From Gammaproteobacteria bacterium (GTDB taxonomy: Bacteria; Pseudomonadota; Gammaproteobacteria; JAJDOJ01): a stretch of 46,460 nt of DNA. Position 1 is the first letter of the stretch, and every line of letters starts with the position of its first letter. The notes beneath the pieces are model-generated. The model saw nothing but the letters and a program-made list of their open reading frames with translations, was not told where the DNA came from and ran no database searches. Where the stretch lies: assembly GCA_027030565.1 (NCBI GenBank), contig JALVEU010000023.1, positions 1 to 46,460 on the forward strand. The letters are read 5' to 3'. Positions 1 to 8,141 of this stretch are shown here, one piece after another. Made by a program: the position numbers and the translations under genes.

Positions 1-1096
1 TGCCCACCAGAGAACGCAGCAGCCGTGGTCCCAGCAGACGGGCGCGCAGCGCCGCGATCTGCGCGGGGATGGGCGGCTCCTCGTGCGACTCCTCGGCGGG
101 CACGTTCACGGTCCCGGCCAGTACACCCATGCGGTGGCGAACGCCCTCGATCCGCTGCTCCAGCCGGTCCACCTCTGCCAGACGGGCCCTCAGGTCGGCG
201 ACCCTCGCCTGTAGCGGCGCGTCGCTGCACAGGCTCACCTCCGTCTCGATGGCCTGACAAGCGGTGGCGATCTTGCCCGCTGCCTGTTCCAGCGCTTCGA
301 GTTCGGTGCGCCATTGCATCAAGGGCGTCTGCGTGTCGAGCTGGGTGAGTTCGCCGATCTCTTGACGCAGGTCTGCTCCCAGCTCTCGGAGCTCCTCCGA
401 GAGCTCGCGCAGGGTCTCGAGCATCCCACGCCTTTCCTGCATTGCGCTGCGCAGTGCCTGTGCCTCGGACTCCAGCCGGCCCATCGCCTGTTCGTCCGCC
501 TCGAGCGCCGCGATGCGGGTGCGCAGGCTCTCCAAGTGGCGCTCGGTCGCCTCGATCTCCGCCCGATGCGTTTGGATCTCCCGCTCGAGCTCGGCGGCTA
601 CGGCCTCGAGCTCGCGGGTGCCGGCGATCTCACGAATGGTGTCACTCTGGCTATGGGGTGCCGAGATCTCCATCTGGGCGAGATACAGGGCATCGAGGTA
701 CTGCTGGTAGTCGAACCCGCAGATGCCGGCCACGGCGTCGCGTACCGTGTTCGGCCCGGTAGCGAAGGGCGTTTTCTCCTCGGCACGATACAACTCCGCG
801 CCATGCACGCCACTTTGATCCAATGTGCGGCTGACGCGGTAGTGGACACCGTCGCCCGCTTCGAATCCCATCTCGATGCGGCAGCTCTCCTCGCCCCAGT
901 GGATCAGCTTCGGCAGGTCCGCTTCCCCGTGGGAGAACGTGCGTCCGAACAGGGCGAAACACACCGCTTCCACCACGGCCGTCTTGCCCGACTCGTTGGG
1001 TCCGGTGATGGCGATGAGGCCTTTGCTCGGGAGTTTGTTGAGCTCCAGCCGAGCGTACTTGAGGACGTTGGTAGCGCGAAGATAGGTGATGATCAT
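1..1096 (-). CDS. SMC/Rad50/SbcC-like AAA ATPase, N-terminal ~365 aa only (3' end runs off the left window edge)
   Basis: Absent from the ORF track because no stop lies in the window. Minus-strand reading from ATG at 1096 gives MIITYLRATNVLKYARLELNKLPSKGLIAITGPNESGKTAVVEAVCFALFGRTF... (Walker A GPNESGKT). This is followed by >250 aa of L/E/R/A-rich coiled coil with no stop down to base 1. GGAG lies 8 nt upstream of the ATG. The listed 314..1471 + ORF is its antisense shadow. Confidence 0.8.
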   Translation of the reverse strand, partial: MIITYLRATNVLKYARLELNKLPSKGLIAITGPNESGKTAVVEAVCFALFGRTFSHGEADLPKLIHWGEESCRIEMGFEAGDGVHYRVSRTLDQSGVHGAELYRAEEKTPFATGPNTVRDAVAGICGFDYQQYLDALYLAQMEISAPHSQSDTIREIAGTRELEAVAAELEREIQTHRAEIEATERHLESLRTRIAALEADEQAMGRLESEAQALRSAMQERRGMLETLRELSEELRELGADLRQEIGELTQLDTQTPLMQWRTELEALEQAAGKIATACQAIETEVSLCSDAPLQARVADLRARLAEVDRLEQRIEGVRHRMGVLAGTVNVPAEESHEEPPIPAQIAALRARLLGPRLLRSLVG

Positions 1097-1365
1097 GAAA
1101 TACTCCGTACCGTTCTGGCGGAGGCGGGTCGGCGCGGTGGTGATGCGTTGAACGGACCGTTCGGGCTGCCGCTCGGCCATCCCCCGGCCAATGTCGGTGG
1201 GACGACACCGAAAAAGGGGAGGTCGCCCACGTGCACCACCTCGATACCCCGGCAAGAGAGGGACGTCTGCCGGAGCCGGGACACGACCGGCAGTGCGACG
1301 AACTCCCCCAGGGGGTGTCCGCCAAAGCCGGGCACGCACCCCGCGCTGGGTGGTGTGCAGGTCAC
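1093..1365 (-). CDS. hypothetical ~90-aa protein, stop overlaps the ATPase start (ATGA)
   Basis: Track ORF 1093..1365. Third-position GC is high through most of the frame. TGA (1095..1093) overlaps ATG (1096..1094) of the downstream ATPase. No family recognised, and the start (GTG 1365) is uncertain. Confidence 0.4.
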   Translation of the reverse strand: MTCTPPSAGCVPGFGGHPLGEFVALPVVSRLRQTSLSCRGIEVVHVGDLPFFGVVPPTLAGGWPSGSPNGPFNASPPRRPASARTVRSIS

Positions 1366-1386
1366 GTTGGGTTTCCGTCGCCGGTT

Positions 1387-1581
1387 TCAGCCGTGTGCGG
1401 GTTTGTGGGCCGTGAGTTTCTCCAGCACCAGATCGACCGCCTGCCGGTACAAAACCTCATCGAAGGCCTGATCCGACGCGCGGAGCCTGGCAAGTTCGGC
1501 CTCGGCGTATTCCCGGAACTCGTCGACGGCATTGCGCCGCATGAAGTGTTTCTTGCCGCGCAGCCAGGACAGGATGGCCAT
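1387..1581 (-). CDS. hypothetical 64-aa helical protein
   Basis: Internal ATG of track ORF 1387..1659, giving MAILSWLRGKKHFMRRNAVDEFREYAEAELARLRASDQAFDEVLYRQAVDLVLEKLTAHKPAHG. GGGGAGGG lies ~7 nt upstream. Codon bias looks coding. Confidence 0.5.
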   Translation of the reverse strand: MAILSWLRGKKHFMRRNAVDEFREYAEAELARLRASDQAFDEVLYRQAVDLVLEKLTAHKPAHG

Positions 1582-1845
1582 CGCGCGCCCTCCCCTCGGG
1601 TGATCCTCCTCTTTTCGGTGCGGGAATTCTATACCGATTGCGCCTCTTGTGTGCAGCACCGGCGTCTGGGCCCCGGCATCGAGGGTGCAGGAAGACCGTA
1701 TACGGGGTTTTACGTACCGTTTGTCGCCTCCACGGGCCCGTTTGCGAGATTTGTCAATGTTTTGAACTTAAGGGTTTGCTAATGTTCAGATGTACAAAGT
1801 ATGCAACGCTTGTGTTGTGAAATAGCAACAGAGGAGTAGGGAAAA

Positions 1846-1947
1846 ATGATGGATGCATTGACGATTTCGGCCCTGGTGGTCTCGGCCGCCGTGATCTTCG
1901 TGGTGGCCAGACTGTGCGCCAAGTCCGGCTGCGGCCGTAAATGCTGA
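1846..1947 (+). CDS. 33-aa small membrane peptide with Cys-rich basic tail (unannotated, below track cutoff)
   Basis: ATG 1846 is preceded by GAGGAG 9 nt upstream. Product is MMDALTISALVVSAAVIFVVARLCAKSGCGRKC, with TGA at 1945. It lies in an AT-rich intergenic region and is followed by a GC hairpin. Confidence 0.45.
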   Translation: MMDALTISALVVSAAVIFVVARLCAKSGCGRKC

Positions 1948-1969
1948 CGGATCGGTACGAATGGTTATG

Positions 1970-2001
1970 AAAAAACAACCTGCCGGGCACCGCCCGGCAG
2001 G
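1970..2001 (-). terminator. rho-independent terminator of the PilZ gene (hairpin also closes the + strand peptide gene)
   Basis: 10-bp perfect stem CCTGCCGGGC/GCCCGGCAGG (1979..1988 / 1992..2001) with a 3-nt loop. On the minus strand it is followed by TTGTTTTTT. It lies 10 nt past the stop at 2012. Confidence 0.7.
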
Positions 2002-2011
2002 CCGATGATGA

Positions 2012-2491
2012 TCAGCTCACCCAGCCCGGCGCCGGGAATGCCGCCGAGTGATGGGTGATCCACTCGCGGGCCGCCTCTTCCAGCGTGATGCTGCGCCCCC
2101 GGGCGGCTGTGCGCAGGCGATAGGCCTCGATATGGCACGCCTGCTCGAGCATGCGTCCCTCGAAGGCGGCCTGTGGATCGAGGAAGGCCATTTCCAGTTG
2201 TATTTCGGGGCCTTGACGTGTCCATGCAACGATCACGCCGCGCAGTGCGATCCGTTCGCCGTTGAGGAGCGTGGAAAGCTCGACGAGGGTCCCCGGGGCG
2301 ATGGCCTGCTGCGCCGAGAATCGCACGCCGCCCAGGCCTGGGTCCTGGAGACGCGTCGGGCACCGTGTCAGAGCGTGTACCCGCAGGGGGAGCTCGGAGG
2401 GATGGTCGATCAGAGGAGGCGGCCGCCTTCCGGGGCGCAAGGGCAGCCTCACGCCCTGTTCAACATGGTTCTGCTGCCCCAGTCCCTTCAT
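2012..2491 (-). CDS. PilZ domain protein (putative c-di-GMP receptor)
   Basis: RPGRR (RxxxR) is followed ~30 aa later by DPGLGGVRF, which resembles the D/NxSxxG motif. GAGGAGGG RBS is present. 159 aa. Confidence 0.6.
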   Translation of the reverse strand: MKGLGQQNHVEQGVRLPLRPGRRPPPLIDHPSELPLRVHALTRCPTRLQDPGLGGVRFSAQQAIAPGTLVELSTLLNGERIALRGVIVAWTRQGPEIQLEMAFLDPQAAFEGRMLEQACHIEAYRLRTAARGRSITLEEAAREWITHHSAAFPAPGWVS

Positions 2492-2626
2492 CCTGGCGCC
2501 CTCCTCTATTGCTACGTTGCGCCTGGCTTCTGCGGGCTTCTCCCTACGGATTAGCCCTTATGTCATTTATACTCTGGACAGCGTCGAAAATCCATGCCTG
2601 TGTAGCAAAAATTCAACCGCCTGTTG

Positions 2627-3370
2627 TTAAAAATTCACAATTTGTCCTGTTCCCGGGCCTGACAAGGCCCGCCGGACCAGCATCCCGGAAGGCTCTCGCT
2701 GCTCGATGAGTCGTTCCCACAGACCATCCGGCGCCATCACCTCCTCTACGGTGGCCGGCAGGAGGAGCCAGTCGCCGTTGAGCAGTTCCGCGTCCAGCTG
2801 AGCGGGGCCCCAGCCGGCATAACCCAGAAAGACGTGCAGCCGGGCCGGGTCGTAGCCGCGTTCCATCAGGCCCCGTAGTGTTTCCCGGTCTGCACCGTAA
2901 CGCAGCCCCTCCAGCACGGGCACGGTGCGCGGGAGCGGCTCGTCGGTCTGGACCAGGAAGCTTGCCAGATACGGGGCCACCGGCCCTCCGAACCAGAGTG
3001 GGTAGCGCTGTGCAGATGGTCCCAGCTCGGTCAGCAGTTCCCCCACGGACCAGTCCGAACGGCGGTTGACGATCAGACCAGCGGAACCGTCCGGCCCATG
3101 TTCGACCAGGAGGATCACCGACCGAGCGAAGCGGGGATCGGGCATCTGGGGACGTGCCACCAGGAAGACCCCGGCCCGCGGCTCTCCAGCCACGCCGGCG
3201 ACACCGTCCCCGGGCTTGCCGAGCCCGGCGTGTCCGCCCACCAAGGCGGCGAGCGCCGCCGCCAGTAGGGCGGGCGCCGCGAGCAGACGCACCCATGATC
3301 GCACGCCGGTCTCTGCCTGCGAATGGCGCACCGCCTGTGCGTTCACCGCCGGCGACTTGGCGAACTGCAT
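2627..3370 (-). CDS. YqgE/AlgH family protein with N-terminal hydrophobic signal/anchor
   Basis: GVFLVARPQMPDPRFARSVILLVEHGPDGSAGLIVNRRS...FLGYAGWGPAQLDAEL aligns with E. coli YqgE. Internal ATG at 3370 gives MQFAKS...VRLLAAPALLAAALAALVGG. The 5' part of the track ORF (to 3742) overlaps the opposite gene and looks non-coding. Confidence 0.8.
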   Translation of the reverse strand: MQFAKSPAVNAQAVRHSQAETGVRSWVRLLAAPALLAAALAALVGGHAGLGKPGDGVAGVAGEPRAGVFLVARPQMPDPRFARSVILLVEHGPDGSAGLIVNRRSDWSVGELLTELGPSAQRYPLWFGGPVAPYLASFLVQTDEPLPRTVPVLEGLRYGADRETLRGLMERGYDPARLHVFLGYAGWGPAQLDAELLNGDWLLLPATVEEVMAPDGLWERLIEQREPSGMLVRRALSGPGTGQIVNF

Positions 3371-3425
3371 TGCATTGTTTCCGGAGGTCTCTGTACAGTG
3401 CTCGGCAGAGCCTGTACCGGATGCT

Positions 3426-4076
3426 ATGGAGATTGATGCCTTGTGTAAAGAGAGCGGTTCCGCGACCCGTGGGCGAGTCTGGATCGATCTACTGCGCCAT
3501 GGCGAGCCCACCGGGGGAGAGCGGTACCGCGGGGACGGGGTGGACGATCCGCTCAGCCCACGCGGCTGGGAGCAGATGTGGGCGGCGGTGGGTGCGGCCG
3601 CCGGCTGGGTCCGGGTCGTGAGCTCGCCGTTGCAGCGCTGCCGCGCCTTCGCCGAGGCGCTGGGCGAGCGGCTGCAGATCCCGGTGAGCGTGGAGCCCGA
3701 GCTCAGGGAGGTGGGTTTTGGTGTCTGGGAGGGGCTCACCAAACCCGAGGTGGCGTCGCGTTGGCCGGGCGCCCTGGAGGCGTTCCACGCGGACCCGGTT
3801 ACACACCGGCCCCGCGGGGCCGAACCACTGGAGGCCTTTTGTGGGCGTGTCTCCCGGGCGCTGGATCGCCTGTGGCAGGCGGCCGGGGCCGGCCCGGTAC
3901 TGGTGGTGGCCCACGCCGGTGTCCTGCGAGCGGCGGCGGTTCAGGCGCTGCGCATGCCCCTGGGTTCCATGTACCGGCTGCGGATCGGCTACGCAGGCTG
4001 TGTTCGCCTGTCACGAGACCTGCGCGGCGTCTGCCTCGAGCACTGGAACCTGCCCCGTCTGATGGAGGACCCGTGA
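3426..4076 (+). CDS. histidine phosphatase family protein (phosphoglycerate mutase / alpha-ribazole phosphatase-like)
   Basis: [14 protein letters not shown] (RHG catalytic motif) ... [13 protein letters not shown] at 3426 lies within the long track ORF 3066..4076. Confidence 0.8.
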   Translation: MEIDALCKESGSATRGRVWIDLLRHGEPTGGERYRGDGVDDPLSPRGWEQMWAAVGAAAGWVRVVSSPLQRCRAFAEALGERLQIPVSVEPELREVGFGVWEGLTKPEVASRWPGALEAFHADPVTHRPRGAEPLEAFCGRVSRALDRLWQAAGAGPVLVVAHAGVLRAAAVQALRMPLGSMYRLRIGYAGCVRLSRDLRGVCLEHWNLPRLMEDP

Positions 4077-5011
4077 GCCGGAAGTCCTGCGGGTCCTGGG
4101 GGACGACAAAGCCGGCCGGAGCGTCGTCTTCCCGCCGGTGGCGAGTGTGGCTCCAGGTGTGGTTGGTGCTCCTGGTCATGGGCATCCGTCCAGCCGGCGC
4201 AGTCGTGCCGGTGGTGGTGAGCATCCTTCCCCAGAAGGCGTTCGTGGAGGCCATCGGAGGGACGCGGGTCGCGGTGTCCGTCATGGTAGGTCCCGGCTAC
4301 AGCCCCGCCACTTACGCACCGCGTCCCGCCCAGCTGGCGGCCCTGAGCCGTGCCCGGATCTATTTCGCCATCGGGGTGCCCTTCGAGGAGGCCTGGATGG
4401 ACCGCATACGCGCCGCCGCCCCGGGGCTGGAGATCGTCCAGACCCAGGCGGGGATCAAGTTGCGCCCCATGGATCTGCCGCCGGATCGGCACTCGGACAG
4501 AGCGCGCGGCCGGCCGGATCCACACGTGTGGCTCAGTCCCGTGCTGGTGAAGCACCAGGCGCGGCTCATCGCGCAGGGGCTGGAGCGGGCGGACGCGGAG
4601 GGGGCTGCGGCGTATCGAGCCGGCCTGCGCGAGTTCCTGCGGCGGCTGGACCGGCTGGATGCCGATCTGCGCCGGCGCCTCGCGGCCGTGCGTGGCCGGG
4701 CGTTTCTGGTCTTTCATCCTTCCTGGGGCTACTTCGCGGATGCCTACGGGTTGCGCCAGGTGCCCGTGGAGATCGAGGGCAAGCCCCCCCGCGCGCAGAC
4801 CCTGGTGCGGCTCGTGGACTGGGCGCGTAAACACGATGTCCATGTACTGGTGGTGAGCCCGCGACTGCGTCGCAGTACAGTGGCCATGCTGGCCCGTGAG
4901 TTCCAGGCGCGTGTGGTGGTGGCCGATCCGGTTGCCGAGGACTGGGAGCATGAACTGCGCCGCTTCGCCGACCGGCTGGCCGAGGCCTTGGCGGATGTAG
5001 GACCGGAGTAG
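4073..5011 (+). CDS. metal ABC transporter substrate-binding protein (ZnuA/TroA type)
   Basis: GTG 4073 overlaps the upstream TGA (GTGA). GGAGGA lies just upstream. Signal-like [23 protein letters not shown], then DPHVWLSP and FHPSWGYFA motifs typical of cluster A-I binding proteins. Confidence 0.85.
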   Translation: MSRKSCGSWGTTKPAGASSSRRWRVWLQVWLVLLVMGIRPAGAVVPVVVSILPQKAFVEAIGGTRVAVSVMVGPGYSPATYAPRPAQLAALSRARIYFAIGVPFEEAWMDRIRAAAPGLEIVQTQAGIKLRPMDLPPDRHSDRARGRPDPHVWLSPVLVKHQARLIAQGLERADAEGAAAYRAGLREFLRRLDRLDADLRRRLAAVRGRAFLVFHPSWGYFADAYGLRQVPVEIEGKPPRAQTLVRLVDWARKHDVHVLVVSPRLRRSTVAMLAREFQARVVVADPVAEDWEHELRRFADRLAEALADVGPE

Positions 5012-5015
5012 GGGC

Positions 5016-5747
5016 ATGGAAGCGGTTCCAGCCATTGAGGTCCGGGGGGTATGGTTCGCATATGGGGGCGTCACCGTACTCGAGGACGTCCATCTGACTG
5101 TCCGGCAGGGGGAGTTCTGGGGACTGGTGGGCCCCAACGGCGGTGGCAAGTCCACCCTGCTCAAACTGATTCTGGGGCTGCTGCGGCCCGCGCGGGGGCG
5201 AATCCGGGTGCTTGGCATGCCGCCCGAACGCGCCAGGCTGCAAGTGGGTTACGTCCCGCAGTTCGCCGGGTTCCGGCGGGACTTCCCGATCCTGGTCCGT
5301 GCGGTCGTGGCCATGGGCCGATTGGGACGGGGCCCGTTGATCGGACCCTGGCGTGGTCGAGATCGCGCGGCGGTGGAGGCAGCCATGCGCGAGGCGGAAG
5401 TGGAGGGGCTTGCGGAGCGTCCCATCGGGAGTCTGTCCGGCGGACAGCTGCAACGCGTTCTGGTGGCGCGGGCCCTGGCCACCGAGCCGCGGATCCTGCT
5501 CCTGGACGAGCCGACGGCCAACATCGACCAGCGAGGGGAGCGGGACATCTTCGACGTGCTACGCAGGCTCGCCGAACGCATGACGATCCTCGTGGTCTCT
5601 CATGACATCGCCTTCATCTCGCAGTACGTCCAGCGAGTGGCATGCCTCAACCGCACCCTGCTCTGCCATGCCACCGACGCGCTCACGCCTGAGTCGCTCG
5701 AGCGGCTCTATGGGGCGCCAGTGCGGGCCATCGCACACCGGCACTGA
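5016..5747 (+). CDS. metal ABC transporter ATP-binding protein (ZnuC type)
   Basis: Walker [10 protein letters not shown], signature LSGGQLQR, Walker B LLLDEP. Confidence 0.93.
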   Translation: MEAVPAIEVRGVWFAYGGVTVLEDVHLTVRQGEFWGLVGPNGGGKSTLLKLILGLLRPARGRIRVLGMPPERARLQVGYVPQFAGFRRDFPILVRAVVAMGRLGRGPLIGPWRGRDRAAVEAAMREAEVEGLAERPIGSLSGGQLQRVLVARALATEPRILLLDEPTANIDQRGERDIFDVLRRLAERMTILVVSHDIAFISQYVQRVACLNRTLLCHATDALTPESLERLYGAPVRAIAHRH

Positions 5748-5761
5748 GCAGGCAGTACGGA

Positions 5762-6595
5762 ATGGCATTACCCATGGAGTTTTTCACTGCGGTCGCCGTA
5801 CACCCTTTCTTGCAGTATGCACTCGCGGGGAGCCTGCTCGCCGCACTGGGCTGCGGAGTGATCGGTCCCTTCGTGGTGGTGCGCAGGATGAGTTATCTCG
5901 CCGGCGGCGTGGCGCACTCGGTGCTCGGGGGGATGGGGGTCGCCTATTTCCTCGGCCGGGATCCCCTCTGGGGTGCCTTGATCGCTGCCGTGGTGGCAGC
6001 CCTGATCATCGGTGGTGCCCGGCGCTACGTCCATCACGACCGAGACACGCTGATCAGTGCGGTATGGGCCGTGGGTATGGCCGTCGGCGTGCTGTTCATG
6101 GCCCGGGCCCCGGGCTATGGAACGGATCTGCTGGGCTATCTCTTTGGGGACATTCTCCTCATCGATCCGCACAAGCTGGTGTTCCTTGGGGTGCTGGACG
6201 CGCTGGCCGTGTGTGTCCTGCTGGCCGGGTATCGCGCGTTTCTGGCGGTGGCGTTCGATGAGGAGTTTGCCCGGGTTCGGGGGCTGCCCACCGGATGGCT
6301 GGAGATCGGCCTCCTGACCCTGGTGGCGTTGATGGTGGTGGTGTTGGTACAGGTGGTGGGCCTGATCCTGCTCATCGCACTGCTGACGCTGCCTGCGGCC
6401 ATGGCCGGTCAACACGTACGCACCATCGGGGCCATGATTCCGGTGTCCATGGCGCTGGGGGCGTTGTTGTCGGTGGGCGGACTGGCCACCGCTTACGTGT
6501 ACGACATGCCGGCCGGAGCGACCATCATTCTGTGGGTGGCTGTGGCCTATCTGGTATCCAGCGCCCTGAGCTGGCGTCGCCTTCAGGGGGCGTGA
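5762..6595 (+). CDS. metal ABC transporter permease (ZnuB/TroC type)
   Basis: Polytopic hydrophobic protein with GPFVVVRRMSYLAGGVAHSVLGG, typical of the ABC-3 permease family. Follows the ATPase gene. Confidence 0.9.
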   Translation: MALPMEFFTAVAVHPFLQYALAGSLLAALGCGVIGPFVVVRRMSYLAGGVAHSVLGGMGVAYFLGRDPLWGALIAAVVAALIIGGARRYVHHDRDTLISAVWAVGMAVGVLFMARAPGYGTDLLGYLFGDILLIDPHKLVFLGVLDALAVCVLLAGYRAFLAVAFDEEFARVRGLPTGWLEIGLLTLVALMVVVLVQVVGLILLIALLTLPAAMAGQHVRTIGAMIPVSMALGALLSVGGLATAYVYDMPAGATIILWVAVAYLVSSALSWRRLQGA

Positions 6596-7323
6596 ACGAA
6601 ACGCCGGAAGTCTTCGGCAATGGCTTGAACCGCCACCTCGCGGAACCGGGCACCGTGTTCGACCCGAGCCAGCGCAGGGTTGGAACCGATGCGCCCGTCC
6701 GGAAACCGGCGGCGAAAGTCCCGTGCGTCGAAGATGGGGCCGGTCGGTGCCACGGGCGGGTCGAGCGGTGCCGTCTTCACCGCCTCGGGATGGGTGTGGA
6801 AGGAGAGGGCCACTTCCGATGCGGTGGCGTGGTGGCCTTCGGCCGCGCCATAGAGCTCCCGAGCGAGCGCCGCCACCTGCGGCAGACGCCACCAGTTGGC
6901 GAGACGGCAGCGGGGGGCGTTCTCCGGATCACCGGCGTAGACGGCGCTGAAAGCGGACTCCACCACCGGGATGTTGCCCCCGTGCCCATTGATGAAATAA
7001 CAATGGGTGAAGCCGTGGCGCGACAACGACTCGATCACGTCGCGCACCACGGCGAGCAGCGTTTCCGGACGCAGGCTGAGTGTGCCGGGAAAGGCCATGT
7101 GGTGCTGTGCCATACCGATGTGCAGGGTGGGTGTCACGAGCACCCCGAGCCGTTCACCGACACCCCGGGCGAGCGTCTGCGCGCAGATCGCGTCGGTGCC
7201 GATGAGGCCCGTGGGCCCGTGCTGCTCCGTAGAGCCGATGGGGATCAGGACGCTGGTGTCGCGTTGGAGGTAGGCCTCGATCTCGGGCCAGGTGCTCAAT
7301 TCGAGCAGCATGGAGGCCTCCAT
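6583..7323 (-). CDS. creatininase family amidohydrolase
   Basis: LIPIGSTEQHGPTGLIGTD ... FINGHGGN motifs. Converges on and overlaps the permease gene end by 13 nt. Confidence 0.85.
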   Translation of the reverse strand: MEASMLLELSTWPEIEAYLQRDTSVLIPIGSTEQHGPTGLIGTDAICAQTLARGVGERLGVLVTPTLHIGMAQHHMAFPGTLSLRPETLLAVVRDVIESLSRHGFTHCYFINGHGGNIPVVESAFSAVYAGDPENAPRCRLANWWRLPQVAALARELYGAAEGHHATASEVALSFHTHPEAVKTAPLDPPVAPTGPIFDARDFRRRFPDGRIGSNPALARVEHGARFREVAVQAIAEDFRRFVHAP

Positions 7324-7389
7324 GGATGGGCGGGGGGCGTGGGGTATAGTTTACCTTGCGTTGGCCACGGGCCTTGCGGACGACGGATC

Positions 7390-7803
7390 ATGAAGGCGAG
7401 TGAGCACCGTGTCGTGGTGCTGGGGGCGAGCCCCAAGCCCACGCGGTATTCCAACCAGGCGGTGCGCCTGCTCAAGGCACTGGGTTATCCGGTGGTGCCG
7501 GTCAATCCGGCGTTCGACATCATCGAGGGGCTGCCGGCCGTGGCACGGCTCGACGCGGTGAAGGGGGCCGTGCACACCCTCACCCTCTATGTGAGCGCTG
7601 CGAGGCTTCCGGCAATGGCCGCGGAGATCATCCGTTTGCGGCCGGGTCGTGTGATCTTCAATCCTGGCACCGAGTCTCCCCTCCTGCAGCGGCAGCTCGA
7701 TGACGCCGGTATCGACTGGATCGAGGCCTGCACGCTGGTCATGCTCCGGACGGGGGTGTTCCTGGAGGACCAGGCCCCCGGACATGGCCCCGGTGGCCCC
7801 TAG
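7390..7803 (+). CDS. CoA-binding domain protein (YccU/YneT-like)
   Basis: MKASEHRVVVLGASPKPTRYSNQAVRLLKALGYPVVPVNP. Internal ATG of the spurious long track ORF 6295..7803. Confidence 0.8.
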   Translation: MKASEHRVVVLGASPKPTRYSNQAVRLLKALGYPVVPVNPAFDIIEGLPAVARLDAVKGAVHTLTLYVSAARLPAMAAEIIRLRPGRVIFNPGTESPLLQRQLDDAGIDWIEACTLVMLRTGVFLEDQAPGHGPGGP

Positions 7804-8141
7804 TCCACCGCCACCGGGAGGAAGAAGAACACGAAGCGGCTGTGGTCCACGTCGACCTTGAGCCGGGCTCCGCGATGCAGGGCATAGTCCACGTAGCCGG
7901 GGACACCGGCGTCCTGATGGCACTCGCTCACGTGTTGCGGCGCCTCGAAGTCGCGGTCCCGATCGTACCAGGACAGCAGCATCCAGTCCTCACCCCAGCG
8001 CCGGCGTGCCTCGGACTCGGCCAGGCGCAGGGCCTCGCGATAGTCGGCCGGCGGCGGCCGTGGACGCAGTTCGACCACCTCGAGGTCCGTCTCGGGGGGC
8101 CTTGCGGGCAGGGGACAGGTCTCTTCGGGCGGCTCGCTCAC
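7800..8141 (-). CDS. hypothetical 113-aa protein (last gene of the tmcA-polX operon)
   Basis: GTG 8141 overlaps the TGA of the upstream thioredoxin-like gene (GTGA). ...MLLSWYDRDRDFEAPQHVSECHQDAGVPGYVDYALHRGARLKVDV... looks like a folded domain. Family not confidently recognised. Confidence 0.55.
   Translation of the reverse strand: MSEPPEETCPLPARPPETDLEVVELRPRPPPADYREALRLAESEARRRWGEDWMLLSWYDRDRDFEAPQHVSECHQDAGVPGYVDYALHRGARLKVDVDHSRFVFFFLPVAVD

Noticed and set aside
1093-1365. The 90-aa ORF as a truncated SbcD/Mre11 C-terminus
   Set aside because: There are only faint resemblances (GGHPL, WPSGSP) to metallophosphoesterase motifs, and the catalytic N-terminal motifs are absent. That is too weak to claim.
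1387-1389. In-frame TGA as a selenocysteine codon
   Set aside because: I could not fold a convincing SECIS-like stem-loop in the ~50 nt downstream. There is also no Cys/Sec-type redox motif context. It is kept only as a pseudogene-versus-two-genes question.
314-1471. 385-aa plus-strand ORF in the track
   Set aside because: It is the antisense shadow of the Rad50-like ATPase frame. Its translation has no recognisable motifs, whereas the minus frame has a Walker A motif, a coiled coil, an RBS and coding-type third-position GC.
3391-3417. CTGTACAG palindrome and a nearby CTGTAC repeat as a LexA/SOS-type box in the divergent promoter
   Set aside because: It does not fit CTGT-N8-ACAG spacing. 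An 8-nt palindrome is expected by chance in 46 kb.
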